This document shows, one piece after another, positions 36,102-49,051 of a stretch of 64,000 bases of DNA. The notes below the pieces were generated by a model that was given only the letters and a program-made list of their open reading frames with translations, searched no databases and had not been told where the DNA came from. The DNA is from Orbicella franksi (taxonomy: Eukaryota). A program made the position numbers and the translations under genes. The stretch lies in NCBI GenBank assembly GCA_964199315.1, contig OZ116707.1, positions 5,456,001 to 5,520,000 of the forward strand, given 5' to 3'. Every line of letters starts with the position of its first letter. Positions within the stretch are counted from its first letter, which is position 1.

Positions 36102-39100
36102 GGGGGGGTTCTACCTGAAATTGACTAGAAAAAGCGTTTTTTTGTTTTCTTAAATCACAAGTTCAACTACTTGACTTTACTTTGGCAATTGTTTTTATTC
36201 GAATATTTAAAAAATAAAGGAGAAATAAGCGTTTGTAAACAAGAGGAATTTCGTTACCATGGCAACGGAAGCTGGCATTTTTTGTTATTTCCTCCTTTAC
36301 GAGTGTGTTTGCCCCCCCCCAAACCAGGTAGAAACTAACTTAGTCATATTTGTGACCCCATACATGAAGCCATATGCGAGAAAATGCAAGAGAGACACTG
36401 GGGACAAATTGGAAATTGCTTCGAGTGGACCTTGTTTATTTCGAAATACAGTGCTGGGAAAGTTTTACTTTGAAATGACTGGAAAGAGAAAAAGAAGCAT
36501 TTTTCGGAAAACGAGGAAAAGAAAAGGATTTGGTGGAGCTATTAAAAGTCCGCAATCATGCGAGGAAACTCCTTCGAAAGAGAGTGAAATCTCTGAATCG
36601 GGACCTGGTACTTCGCACGATCAATCTGATTTATTAGATTCTGGTGAAGAGAGTGACCAGCCACTTAGTTCTTCAAGGAAGAAAATGAAACTCCAGAGCT
36701 CTGAGGATGAATCTTATATAAGTTCTGCCGAGGAAACAGAAGCAGTAGAGGAAGGAAATGGATACAGGCTTGTTGATTTGAAGAGTTTGTCGTCTGTGTT
36801 CTCGAATGTACACAAATGCAAAAAAGGTGAAACAAGCATGTACAACTCGTGTTTTCTTTGTACATTATTTTCATTTTTGTGGTGTTAATGTATTGTTATG
36901 CAAATACCTCCCAGCTTATCATGAAGGACTTTAATCAGCTGTAAATATAAAGTATTATTTTACTGTGCCAGAGTCTTGTTTAGACTCTCCATGTGTTGAC
37001 ACTGATATTGAATAAATTAATACTAATTCATGCATTCAGTATTATTTATGTTATAAGCCTATGTGTGTGGTTCCGTAGCTGTAGTTGCTAGTATATTTTT
37101 CTTGTTATTTTATTAATTCAGGAAATCTTACTATGGAAGAAAATGCCTCCAGCCGTGCAGGATTAATGTCAGACTTATCCATTCAATGCAGTTCTTGTGA
37201 TGAAAGCACTCCTTGGCAGACATCACCCCAAATCACCAAAAAAGGAAAATCTTTTGATGTCAACAGGAGAGCTGTATATCATTCAATAGAATTGGGAACT
37301 GGATATGAAGGGCTTTCCTCCTTCTGTGCAATAATGAACATGCCTTGCCTTTCAAGAGCTGCGTACTACAAGCAAATGGATGTAATTTTGGAGGCCTTGG
37401 AAGATGAGGCAAAAGAAGAACTTGTGAGAGCAGGCCAACGGCTTCGGCAGCAAGTGATGGAGGAAAACGGCGAGTCTGACAGCACTGCAATAATTGATGC
37501 TGCTGTTAGCTTTGATGGCACATGGGCCAAGAGAGGCTTCACTTCATTAACTGGTGTTGTTTTTGTTATATCAGTTGACACTGGAGAGGTACTAGACTAC
37601 CATGTGATGTCGAAGTCTTGCCATAAGTGCTCTGTGAAGAAGTCACAATGTGAAGGGGATGATGAAAAATTTGAAGACTGGAGAAGGGAGCATTTGGCAG
37701 CTGGTGAATGTGACATTAATTTTGATGGAAGTTCACCAGCTATGGAAGCTGAAGGAGCTTCTGTTCTTTGGAACAGATCAATTGAGCTTCATAACATAAG
37801 ATACAAATGGATGGTGTCAGATGGTGACAGCAAGGCTTTTAACACAGTAGAAAATGTGTATGATGGCTGCAAAGTTATTAAGCTGGATTGTGTGGGCCAT
37901 GTGCAGAAGAGGATGGGTAAACATTTGATGAATCTTAAGGCCCGCACAAAAGGTAAACTGGAGGATGGAAAGCCGGTAGGGGGAGTGGTAGGCTTACGGA
38001 AGGAAAAATTAAGCAGCTCCAAAAGTATTACGGTCTGGCGATCCGGCAAAACACCTTGGCTAAGGCAAATCCTGTGGAAAAGGAGGTCGATGTTGCAGTT
38101 TATGCAATGAAAAAGAATGTAATTGCCATTCTTCATCATTGCATAAAATCAGAGGATGCTGCTAAGCAACACCGCTTCTGCCCTTGTGGTGAAAGTTCGT
38201 GGTGTAAATGGCAGCAGGACTTAGCAACTGGAACTAATACGTACAAAGGAGACGACTGTTTACCTGAAGTCTTCCTGGAGCTGCTGAAGCCAACATTTGT
38301 GACTCTGAGTGACAGTAAACTTCTGGAAAGATGTGTACTTGGGACAACCCAGAACCCAAATGAAAGTATCAACGCTATGGTTTGGGTGCGGTGCCCAAAG
38401 CACAAACACCACGGAGTAAAAGTTGTGCGCTGTGCAGCAGCATCTGCAGTCTGTCATTTCCATGGAGGGGCTGAGAGCAGGAAAAGAGTGATGGAGAGAC
38501 TTTCCATTCCTGGTGGTGCATTTACTGACCACATATTAAGGCTCAGGGACAGGAAACGGCTCCGAAAAGCGGATAGCCAGGCAACAGCTAAGGAGAAAAA
38601 GCGTCGCCAAGGGTTACAGCTTGTCCGTATCCGTCGAGAAGAAGCCCTTCGTGAGAAAGAAGGTGTCACATATGAAGCTGGGGCTTTCTAAATTTGCTCA
38701 CAAGGCTTCTTTCACTTAAATGTGGACTGTTTACTACTCAGAGACTCTATTATTTGAATACAGCTGTTGTTTAATTTGATTTTCTTAATTTAAGGGCCTT
38801 TTTCTCAGTACGCAGTTTTTTAACACTTAAGTAAAGATATCTCAAGAAGGATTACAGCTATGGACCTAAAATTTTCAGGGATAGTTGTTAATGAGTTAAT
38901 TGGGATGAGCAAAGGAATTTGTCATAGGACTTTTAGTAAAGAAATGGTCAACCGAATAGTGACCACTCTCTGGACATGTAACTTGAGACATGTGCAATTA
39001 CGTCACATTTTGAAATTTGTCAAAACCCTTCGTTCATCCCAAGAAGCATTCTGTATGCTTTAGAATGACAGTAAAATGTTGTTTTGTTGTCGAATCTGCA

Positions 39101-39319
39101 TGTAGAAATCTTTACTCAAGTACATATGTGTCACCCACAGCACGAGGTCTCTTGGAATGCCCGGTGTCAGGTTACATTTGCCGATGGCACTCCATAACAT
39201 AAGTTTTTGAAATCTATGGTTCATGAGCTTTCCAGTGATATATAGTTTATGGTTTTGAATAAAAGTCTTTATTTTACAATTATTTGAAAAAATACACATT
39301 TTTCAGGTAGAACCCCCCC
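36102..39319 (+). mobile_element. Kolobok-type DNA transposon, full length (3218 bp)
   Basis: Perfect 19-bp TIR GGGGGGGTTCTACCTGAAA (36102-36120; rc 39301-39319). TTAA duplicated at 36098-36101 and 39320-39323. Confidence 0.9.
36475..38691 (+). pseudogene. Kolobok (Pfam 'Mutator-like') transposase, 2 exons, single frameshift
   Basis: Exons 36475-36826 and 37122-38691. Motifs: VSFDGTWAKRG, GEVLDY..SKSCHKC, SSPAME, MVSDGDSK, DCVGHVQKRMG, YYGLAIR, TQNPNESIN..W..CPK. One 1-nt shift in the G-run at ~37980. Confidence 0.85.
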
Positions 39320-39545
39320 TTAAATGACAAAAGGAAGGGGTACAAAAGAAATTCAATACCACCATATATGCATTTCATGGTGACACACATCCTCAGGTTA
39401 TTCGAGCTCCACAAATCAGTCAACATTTTCACAGGGCAAGGAGTCGAAAAGAACGACGACATGGCTCGTGGGATTATTTTGTGCAAGTCCAATAAATGGG
39501 ATTCTGCTAGGGATGTCCTTCGACAAGAAAGATGTCAATGGGAGC

Positions 39546-42397
39546 CAGGTGATCTGGTGACGTTATTGGAGAGAAAATTTTATTGCCATATCCCATAAGG
39601 CAGCCCGCATGTAGTCGTGAGTTTGCATTTGAATGATGGCAGTCACTGCCAGGGCGAGTGTTGACACTTTTCAGAATTATTTTGTCTTATCTTATACCAT
39701 GCTTGGAACTCGGAATTGTGCTGTAAATATGAGAAGTGTTGATTTGGACAGTTGGGAAGTCTCTTTCGACGGTGAATCTTTTCTACACTTGGATGGAAGT
39801 GATTTGAGTACTTGAATCGCACAACATGCAGCGCTGGCTGCATCGCATTGTAAGCTTGAAAATCACTTCGTGTTTTACTTCAATTTGCTTTTAACAGTGT
39901 ACTTTCTATACCGGTATTAAAGGTACTGTATTCCATCAATCTCTAGTTTGCTTTTATTTAGTCATTCATTTTATTATTATCGTATGTCGGCCACAGCACT
40001 AGTTTGGTCGACCATTCGATCAAATGCTCTCCAACTCAGTAAAGAAAAAAATTTAATAATCTGAATGGCACACGCCAAGAATTGCTAGAAAAGATTGGCC
40101 TGACCTTTAATAAATTTGGAGAGGTAGTTGTGGGCTATGTTGACATTGAGAATTACATAACACTATTTCTAAGTCACTCAAGTGTACAGAGTGCAGTTTC
40201 AACACCAACCAACAGCATCATGATGGTTTCCTATGGCTGAAATGGTCATGCCATTTCACAGGGGAGAAAAGTGTCAGAGTGAAAATCATTGAGCCTTATA
40301 ATTTACTGAGCACAGTATAACAGTTGCTCTTTGGTTGGGAAATGATGACTATGGCACTGTCCAAAAATGCGCAGGGGCAGTTTATGAACAGCTTACACAA
40401 CTTCAAACAATCAAACATGGACTAACCCATTGATGCCTGAATGAAATTGCCCGCGACCCACCCCTAAACCATGTGCGGAGTAACCACAGACACAAGATCA
40501 GGTTTCAAGACATCGTTTATTTAAAGTTCAATAAATGAAGGGTCAAAATATTAAAAAATTTTAACAAAAAGAACTCAACCTGATGTATAAAACTGGTGAG
40601 AAAACAAGAAATTATATTATTTCCTTACCGTGTGACAAAATGTCCCACAGAAGCAGAGAAAATTGACTTTGCGAAAATGAGTTAATTATTGACTTTGGGG
40701 GACAAAACGAAACCAAATACAACAGAATTTTATTCTTGTAACGGCTAACATTTGAGAAAACAACGAAAAATAAAAGCGAAGAACTCTTGTAAAATCAATC
40801 TGAAAACAAGAAATCAAGTAATTTCTTCACTGTGCGACGAAATTTGACGGCGCTGGAAAGAAAGATGAAAGTCGTAAATCAAAAAGACGACAAAAACAAG
40901 GCAATTATTTTGAGATCAGTTGTATTTCAACTGTGTTAATTAGTGGCCATTTTGGTTCTTTTCCCAGCGGTTCTGTAGTAGCTTAATAAGACGCGCAAAT
41001 ATTTGAACGAAGCGAATAAACAAAATAAACAAAGCGCCTGGAGGTGGCCGTAAATTAAATATGCAGAAATCCAGCGTACAAGTTACTGTTCACTTTTAAA
41101 ACCTAAATTTCCCAAACACAGGGAACCAAATGAGAGAAATGCAAAAGGAAGGTCAATAACAATAGATTTTCATTCACACTGAGGCGAAGAAACCTATTTA
41201 AACGCAAAAAATTGTTCAAAATTTTGCACACGTGCTTTGCTGCATGACCACATGTTCAAATTATTCTTTACGCTAACACAAAAGCTTGAGTTTTTACCGA
41301 CCGCTTTTCCGGACATTTTTAACGCCTGTGGCTTTACCAATTGTTCCAAAAGTTGAATTCAACTTCGAAGTAATAATGTACATTACCATTTTTGTTTCTT
41401 AAGTCCAAAAAGCTGCTTTAAATCTGTGATCTGAAAGCGCTCTGATCTTCATGTTTTCGCAGCGGTTGTAGGAAGAAAACCTTCTTCACCAGAAAGTTCT
41501 ACGGACTCTGTACTACTTGATCCTCCATACTGAGGCCACCTAAACATTGATTTGTATTTTTCCTTTCTATTTTAAAGCCCAAAGCAGTAATTTATCTCTG
41601 TTACGAGTGAAAACAAGACCTTGGAAGTTTTTAGATTTGTCCCACAAACGCGCCATGATTACTTGCACTTTTCGAGCGCACGATTTTAAGAAGAAAAACC
41701 GTCTTTCTAGACAGCAATCGGCGGAAAATGGGTGGAGCAAACTTTACAAGTAGTAGGACACAAAAAACCTCATAGAATAAAACTATTGTTGGCCTGTGGA
41801 AGAGAGCCTGGAACAACGAAGCTGCAAGAAATGTTGGACAAAGTCTCGCAACTGATGGAGGACTTGCCATTGTTTGCGATCTCTGCGATGACACCAAAGA
41901 GAATCTGGAGGAAAGATATCTGATTGCACAAGATCCATCTTTAGTTCGAGCGGCACAAATGGCTTCCTTGCGTCTTCTGCACACAGTTCCTTCAACCAAC
42001 AAAGCTGAATACTCCATCAAAATGTATGGATCAATGGAAAGAAGGTTCAACCACCTCTTGCGGGAGAGAACATGTCATGTGCCCATGCAGAAGGCCCACA
42101 AGCCAACTCACTGACTTTGTTGGTCTAGATAATCAAGTACTGAACTTTTCTTAGTTTAAAAATCTTTACGAATATGCGGTAGTAAAGTTATAACTCCACT
42201 CAACCAAAGTATGATGAGAAAAAAAGCCTTCCGACTGAAAACTGCCATGTTTATCCTCACAGCCCTATCGATGTGTCAATGGAATACACGCTGAAGGTCA
42301 GAACAAGCTCTACTAGGCGCGCAAAGTATTCTGTGCGGCTTTAAAAATAATTTCTCCTTGAAGATGATTGGTTGATTATTTACGGTCAGATCACCTG
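39546..42397. mobile_element. Unclassified 2852-bp TIR element with 4-bp TSD (GAGC)
   Basis: TIR CAGGTGATCTG at 39546-39556 and rc at 42387-42397; GAGC at 39542-45 and 42398-401. Excision restores TGG GAG CTT AAA (WELK) of the host transposase. No recognisable internal ORF. Confidence 0.75.
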
Positions 42398-43244
42398 GAG
42401 CTTAAAGAACATGAAAGGGAGGTGCGAAATTACACAGAGAGAAAAGAAAGCTACTTGAATGTTGAAATTAAAGAAGCCCGAAAGCGAGCAAAAATTCATC
42501 TAACTGAACATCTGCAACAACCAAGTGAAACTCAAAATGAACAGCCTCCTACACAATCCACAAGCTCCGATACTGATTTTTCAAAAATGACTGAGAATTC
42601 AACAATGAACTGAAACAGAGAAATGCCAAAGGCTTCAGTCAAAAAAACAAAGCTGAGCTTCTCAAACAGCTGGAAGAGATTTGTAAACAAGAAAATCATC
42701 AATCGGCAAACAGCTAGCAAGCAGACAATGCAGTTTTCTTCCTGAATCAATCAGGCAACTTGTTACTTAACATACAGTAAATAAGGTCAACACCCTTTAA
42801 ATTAGATGTGGCAGTAAGCAATGAATAAATGATAAATCTTGTTTTAAAAGGGACCAAATCAAAATCTTTTGATGCAAGAGAGCTGTTGACGAGGGTAATG
42901 ACTTGTTCCAAATCTCAAACTGTCTTTGGTGAATACTCCTGGGCAGTGAAATCATGATTTGTTGTGAGTGCTTATTACACCATGGGCTCAGCAATGGTAC
43001 TTTGACATATGGAAACAAGGCAAATATGTTGACCTTATAAACCTCCTTTGTTGTAACCCTTTCACTTCCAAGGCCAAAATCAAACTTCGGTACAATCCTA
43101 AATTTGATTTGGGTTCATTAAAAGAATGTGGAACTTTCATTTGAATGGTTACACAATATGGTTTCACTGACACGCTACAAGACCATGTCAATGGCTCAAG
43201 GTTTGGCTGCAGGAGTAGATTGGGTTAAGCTCAAAGAAAGTAAT

Positions 43245-44690
43245 CTAACTTAAAAGTGTGAATGGCCAATGGTTAAAGTCCAGAGAAAGTTTCTCAATAA
43301 GCATTCCCTTATGTTCTAGAAGTTTTCTCTGAAAAAGTGTAAAAGTTTTAGGTGACTTTCCTAAAAATATTTGCACCTTAAAAGGGTTTTTTACCCTTAC
43401 CCCGATCCCCATTGGAGTAACAAAGTAAATCCCATTTTTCAGGGAGTTTGCATCTACTGAAGTCCTCTTCATATAGTAAAATATGCCCCTTTTCCCTGGC
43501 CTCTCTTCCCTTTCCATGAAACAAACTTCAAAAGCAATCATGGTGAAAGTCAATCACTACATTACATCTACTCTTATTTTTAAGTTTCGAGAGCACTGAT
43601 ACCTGTTAAGTATCTACAGCTCTCATCAACCTCTCTGGTTGCACTTTGAAAGTTCTGCAGCAGAATCAAAATAGATACTAGGTCAGCTCCTCTTGACAGC
43701 AACCAAAATTTTGAATTTATAGAAATCGATTAAAATGAACTAGGAAACCAAAATTGAATGAAATACATGTACATTAATCAGGGTCTTATTCCAAAACTTT
43801 AATGTACAAACATAAATAAATACATTTAATAAAAAAAATAGACTTATAATTCTGTTAGAGTGTAGACATCCTACAGTAGTAATGGAGACTATTAACATAA
43901 ATTATTGGTGTACACATTTGACTGAAGTTAGAACACTGCCAATAAAAACTCTACCAAACGTTTAAGTAAAATGGTCTTTATACATGCAGTTGTTGCGTCT
44001 CCTCAAAGAAAACTCAATTGAAAAACAAAGAAGCTATAGTTCCTTTAATTATTATACAACAGCTCATTTACTAAACAGTCAAAGTGTCAATGAAAGTGAC
44101 CTGACAAGATCAATGGTGAGGGTTTCCTCTTCCTCCCAACTGTTTTCAAATGTGCTGTAACCTAGCCATTTAACCAAATACTGTGTCTAAAAATGATATA
44201 TTATATGCGTAAGTACGTGTTAAAGAACAAGAGAAATCCAACAGCAACACCTGACAAACCACAATATTAAAACCAAAACTTGAACTCACTGTTCTGCCCG
44301 AACTCCTCTTGGAAATCAATCGCTCCACAGCAAAATAATGCAAACTAACATTTCTTTTAATTTTGCGAAAGTTTTTCCCTCCCCAGAGAAGATCTCAGGA
44401 GGAAGCATTGTGTATTTGCACACAAAAAAACTGCAAGAATTTTTGCTTGAACTTCGCACACTGCTCGCCATTACAGTGTTTTTTGTTGGCCGCAATTTGA
44501 TACTTTCACACATGATCAGTATGAGCTCTTCCTTGATTCCCGAGCCCTCAATACATTCCACTGACTGTCACGGATTTATTCCCATGGAACACAATCACGC
44601 AAGTATGTTGATTTTTAGACAAGAAGGAAATTGCCAAGTTTGGATTGTTGCATTCATTTAGAATTCTACTGAAAGTATTGCCATGCTCCA
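43245..44690 (-). pseudogene. Chromodomain-containing protein gene, 3 exons, decayed
   Basis: Exons ~44690-44290, 44186-44101 and 43654-43245 splice in phase to give YFAVERLISKRSSGRT|TQYLVKWLGYSTFENSWEEEETL (chromodomain), then FHHDCF*SLFHGKG..DFSRCKLPEKW; stops and frameshifts present. Confidence 0.75.
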
Positions 44691-45179
44691 CCGTTCTTTT
44701 TAGAAATCCATGATGCTGGTTGGTTTTTCATTGTTTTGTCATTGTTTTAGCATTGCGACTGGTTTGGCTACACCAAATCATCACATTTGATGTGGCGTGC
44801 TAGTATCATTTTTCGAAGTCCAGTTTTGGCATTAGTTTCCACACATATCTCACTTAAACTTATCAAATGCCATAAGCAACCATGAAATAGCTTTCTAAAA
44901 TCATCTCTGCTAAAAAGGAAACGGGTTTAAGACTAATTTGCCAAAAACACGGTTTAAGTATGTGTCAATGTTGAAACCACTAGGCTTGCTTAGTGTTTTT
45001 GAGGCATATACTGCAATTCTATTGAAAAAATCTACAAACTCCCACCCTTGAGCAACATTATCTGGCCAAAAAAAATGTGAAAAAGTTCTTCTTAAAAGTG
45101 TGCACAATTCTGTGCCTTTAATGTTTTAGTGTATTTTAAACTTTTTAGGTCAGGGATCACATCCTTTCTTTCCCCTCGC

Positions 45180-46710
45180 AAGAGTCACATTACTCAAGAA
45201 AGGACAATGGCAACAAATGTTATTTGGAAGAAAGTCTTTTGGCGCAGCAAGTGTACCATATGTACCTGCACGAGGGAGAACCCGAAGTATGGATCAATAA
45301 TCTAAATGTCCTCAGGTAAATAATTCAAAAGTGATAAGTTCCTTGAGTGTCTCACTTCCTTGTTTTTGTTTAATAATATTATCAGTATTCTCGACATTGA
45401 CTAATTGAGTTATGGAATAGGGTAACTGATATCAGAAGGTGACATCATTGGAGCAAGATAATGTTTGTTATCTCAGACTTAATCAGAAGAAAAAGACATC
45501 ATTGAAAAAAGTTTATGTTTGTTAATTTTTTGGCACTAAATATTTCTTTTCTTCCTTATAGAGAAGTACTGCAAAACCAGCAACCCTTGCCGAAACTTCA
45601 ACCTAAAATCAGCCAAGACTATTACTGGCATGTGTTTAACACAGAATTCAATCTGGGCTTTGGTCTGCTGAGGATGGATACCTACGTGAGGTGTGATGAG
45701 CTGGCTTTAGCAATTAAAGTCAGCTCAGGAGAAGAGAAAGAACAACTAAAAGAGGAGCATGACAAACACCAAGAGGAGGCACAAGCTGGCTACGACAATA
45801 AATGTAGGGAAAAGCTAGTCACCACCCACAGCTGGTTGGGAAAGCAAAGGATTCTGGGGCCACAGAATAAGCCACTGACTGTAGATGCCGTGGACAAGAT
45901 AACCTTTGACTGTGAACAAAACCTTCCCACACCCAATCTCCACCAAAGCGATGAGTTTTACGCCACGCAGCTTTGGGTCTACAACTTTGGCATCCACGAT
46001 TGTGTGGCCGAGCAGGGCTACATGATGTGGGGGGGAATGTAGCAAAGTGCGATTCCTGTGTAGTGGTCTCCTGCCTGAACATGTTCTTCACAGAATTCAG
46101 AAGTGGAGCAACTGAAAGTTTGCATTAAAAAGAAAATTCAGATCTAGTTTGACGCAGCGGTTTTAAACAGTGTGGTTAATTTATTACTCTTAGAAATCAC
46201 AAAAACTTAGAAAACCAAGTGAACCAACCACAACTCAAGCAAATGCAAGTGGTTAGCAGTATTGTCTTAACGAAGAGAGAAACGAGACTAAAAAGGTCTT
46301 AATATCTTCTCTGTAATTTTTCATAAGTTATAAGTAAAAAACAAAAATAGAGGTAAAAACCAAACAGCATGATTTTAAGACTTATCACAGTAGAGAATTG
46401 AAGATCAAATCCATTTCATTTGAACTTTCATTTTTTTACCTACAGATTGCTGCTCAGCTACTCTGACAGGTGTATCGGCCAGAATAAAAACTACCTCCTA
46501 GTGAAGTTCTTAGCAGACCTCCAACATGAAGGAATCTACGAGGTGATTAATCACAAGTTTCTCATGAGAGGCCACACATTCCTTGAGAACGACAGGGATT
46601 TCACCCAGATCGAAGAGCAAAAAACAGCCCAGGTGTTGGTGCCCAACAATTGGCTTACGGTCGTCAGAGAAGCCAAGCTAACAAAACCATTCATTCTAAG
46701 TTTATTTTGA
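45180..46710 (+). pseudogene. Sola-like DDE transposase fragments
   Basis: ESHYSRK, FNTEFNLGF...D.Y.RCD, TFDCEQNLPTP..FYATQLWVYNFGIHD, YSDRCIGQNKN, HKFLMRGHTFLENDRDF; fragmented by stops and introns. Superfamily call made from motif memory. Confidence 0.6.
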
Positions 46711-46849
46711 ATTATATTCAGTTCTTATCGTAACAGGAATAACAAAAAAATGGCAAAAGGACTGCAGTGATGCGCACCCGGAGTCTCTATGAGTCAAGAA
46801 TTTATCTATAGTTATAGCGACCCGTATTGTTAGAGTCTTACCGGAAATC

Positions 46850-49051
46850 ATTCATAGCAATCAAACTGGGTGCGTTTCAGGTCGCTACATGGAAGAAGCC
46901 GCAAGATCAATTCTGGACATAATGGATTACACAAAAACTTATGTTATTCCTGGATTGCTACTTTTTATAGATTTCGAGAAAGCTTTCAACAGTCTGGAGT
47001 GAAATTTTATGTTCAAATGCTTAGAAGTCTTTGGATTTGGTCCCAGTCTTACAAGATGGGTAGAAACCTTTTACAGTAACATAACAAGTTGTATTGTCTA
47101 TAATAGAATGCTCTCAGCTAGCTTTGAAATAAATCGATGAGTAAGGCAGGGAGACCCTCTTTCCCCTTACTTGTTTATCATCGCTGTGGAACTATTAGCA
47201 GTTGCTATTCACTCATGTTCAGAAATAAATGGAATCAAAATAGATTCAAAAGAATTCAAAATGGTGCAGTATGCAGATGATTCAACAGCTTTTGTGTCAG
47301 ATATCAGATCTGCTCAACACCTTTTAAGTTACTTGATCAATTTGAAAAATGTTCTGGCCTAAAGGTGAATTATACAAAAACTGAAGCAATGTGGATTGCC
47401 TCCTTCCGTAATAACACCGAAACACCTCTAGCATTGAAATGGCAAAAACTGTAAAAGCTTTAGGACTTCACTTTAGTTACAATAATGCAGAATCAGTACA
47501 AAAGAATTTCTACGATAACCTCAGAGGAATCAAATCTCAGATACACTTGTAGAGTTGGAGAGGCCTCTCCCTGTTTGGTCAAGTGACAGTTACTAAGAGT
47601 TTATTACTTCCTAAAGTTTTATACATCTCATCAATTCTTCCTTCTCCTATGGAGTTCATAAAGGCTTTTCAAACAATTATGTTTAATTTTCTTTGGAAGG
47701 GTCCTCATAAAATCACCACAACAGAAGTAATAAATGATTTTGGATTTGGTGGCCTAAAGGTAACTCATCTCACAACATCAATTATGTCAGTCTGAATTTC
47801 ATGGATCAGAAGATTTTTAAGCAATAATTTTTATCCCTGGAAAGCACATCTATTACATTTACTAAAACCTTTTGGTGGAGAATTTTTTCTTCATTGTGAT
47901 TATAATATTGATGACTATAACATTTTCCCAATATTTTATAAGGAGATGTTACATTGGTGGTCAGATTTTTGTTTTAGATTCAACCTTGTAAGTCCATGTG
48001 AAACAATCATCTGGAACAATCATAACATTGAAGTAAACAGTAAACCTATATTTTATAATAATTATAATAGCGCAAACATTGTTCTTCTAAGCAACTTTAA
48101 ATTTGATTTCAGTAACACAGAGTCCTTTAACCTTGCAAAACATAATAGTTAAAAAGATTCCAACTTTCTGACCTAGACTGGTGTTTGTTGCGCTGTACCG
48201 TCATCTAAGAATTCCAACCTGCGAAGTTAATAAAGATCATGTCAGATCACTGCAATTTAAAATCGGTGACAAAACCTTTGATCCAGCACTTAGCAAATCT
48301 AGGGATTTCTACGGTCTGCTTACATCTTGTAACGCGACAGAGTCCAGAGGCTTCACAATGTTAAAATCTAAATTTTCTATTGATAGCCTTCTCATTAATA
48401 ATGTCCTGTATCTGTGAAACATATGTGCAATGCTTTCAGTTTAAAATATTGAAAGACATTTTATTCACAAATTCTTGCTTAGCTAAGATAGGTTTAATAC
48501 AAAGCAATGTTTGCACCTTTTGCAATACTGGTGTGGAAACCATTGATCATTTATTCTTTTACTGTATTTACTCATGAATTTTGGGAAGAAGTTGAATCTT
48601 ACTGGTTTGCTATAGCCAAAGACCAAAGGAAACTCCAGTTAAAGACTTTTTAGTTGATGTCACAGATACTAAATGTTCTCTGTTTAACTACTGAATCGTT
48701 TTAGGTAAGCTGCATTTATGGAACTGCCGTAGAAATAATAGTCGTCCTTTTTTCTCTTCCTATAAGGAACTAATTCAAAGAAAATATGAAACTGGATGTC
48801 AAATTGCTGCTAGGTACAATAATAGCAAGATGCTAGAGGCTAAGTGGAAACCCTTTCTACATTGTAATTTGCTAGGCACATTGGTGTGTAATCGAAAAAA
48901 GGAAAAAACAAACTGTAAAAGTAGTGTAAGAATTGTACTCTAAGGAAGTATTGTATAGTAAGTAGTATAAGTAACTTATCGTTAGTGGTATTGTAAGTAG
49001 TGTATGTCTTGTTTTGTTAGTAGTGTCCTTTGTGTTGCAATAAAGAAAAAA
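46850..49051 (+). mobile_element. 5'-truncated, heavily decayed L1/Tx1-clade non-LTR retrotransposon (RT + C-terminal zinc motif)
   Basis: NQTG.VSGRY, LFIDFEKAFNS, RQGDPLSPYLFII, QYADD, CTFC...ETIDHLFFYC; AATAAA and A-rich tail at 49039-49051. Confidence 0.85.

Larger units (their letters stand above)
34170..42613 (+). pseudogene. RAG1/Transib-like DDE transposase, split by two nested insertions
   Basis: Segments 34170-36101, 39324-39545 and 42402-42613 join. N-terminal coiled coil, KININGGARMTR (degenerate first D), FYLGGDYKF..LG...YACAWC, VVDELHLMLRVTD, PPYMHFMVTH, GQGVEK, QWE|LKEHERE. The motif order matches the RAG1 core; several stops and frameshifts. Confidence 0.7.

Noticed and set aside
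34170-42613. Bona fide RAG1 or a ProtoRAG with RAG2
   Set aside because: No RING/zinc-dimerisation region or kelch/PHD RAG2-like gene and no RSS-like TIRs found; only core motif order is shared.
33400-45110. TIRs enclosing the Transib-like and chromodomain genes
   Set aside because: Only a short GTGCAC match between ~33690 and ~45105; no extended inverted repeat or TSD seen.
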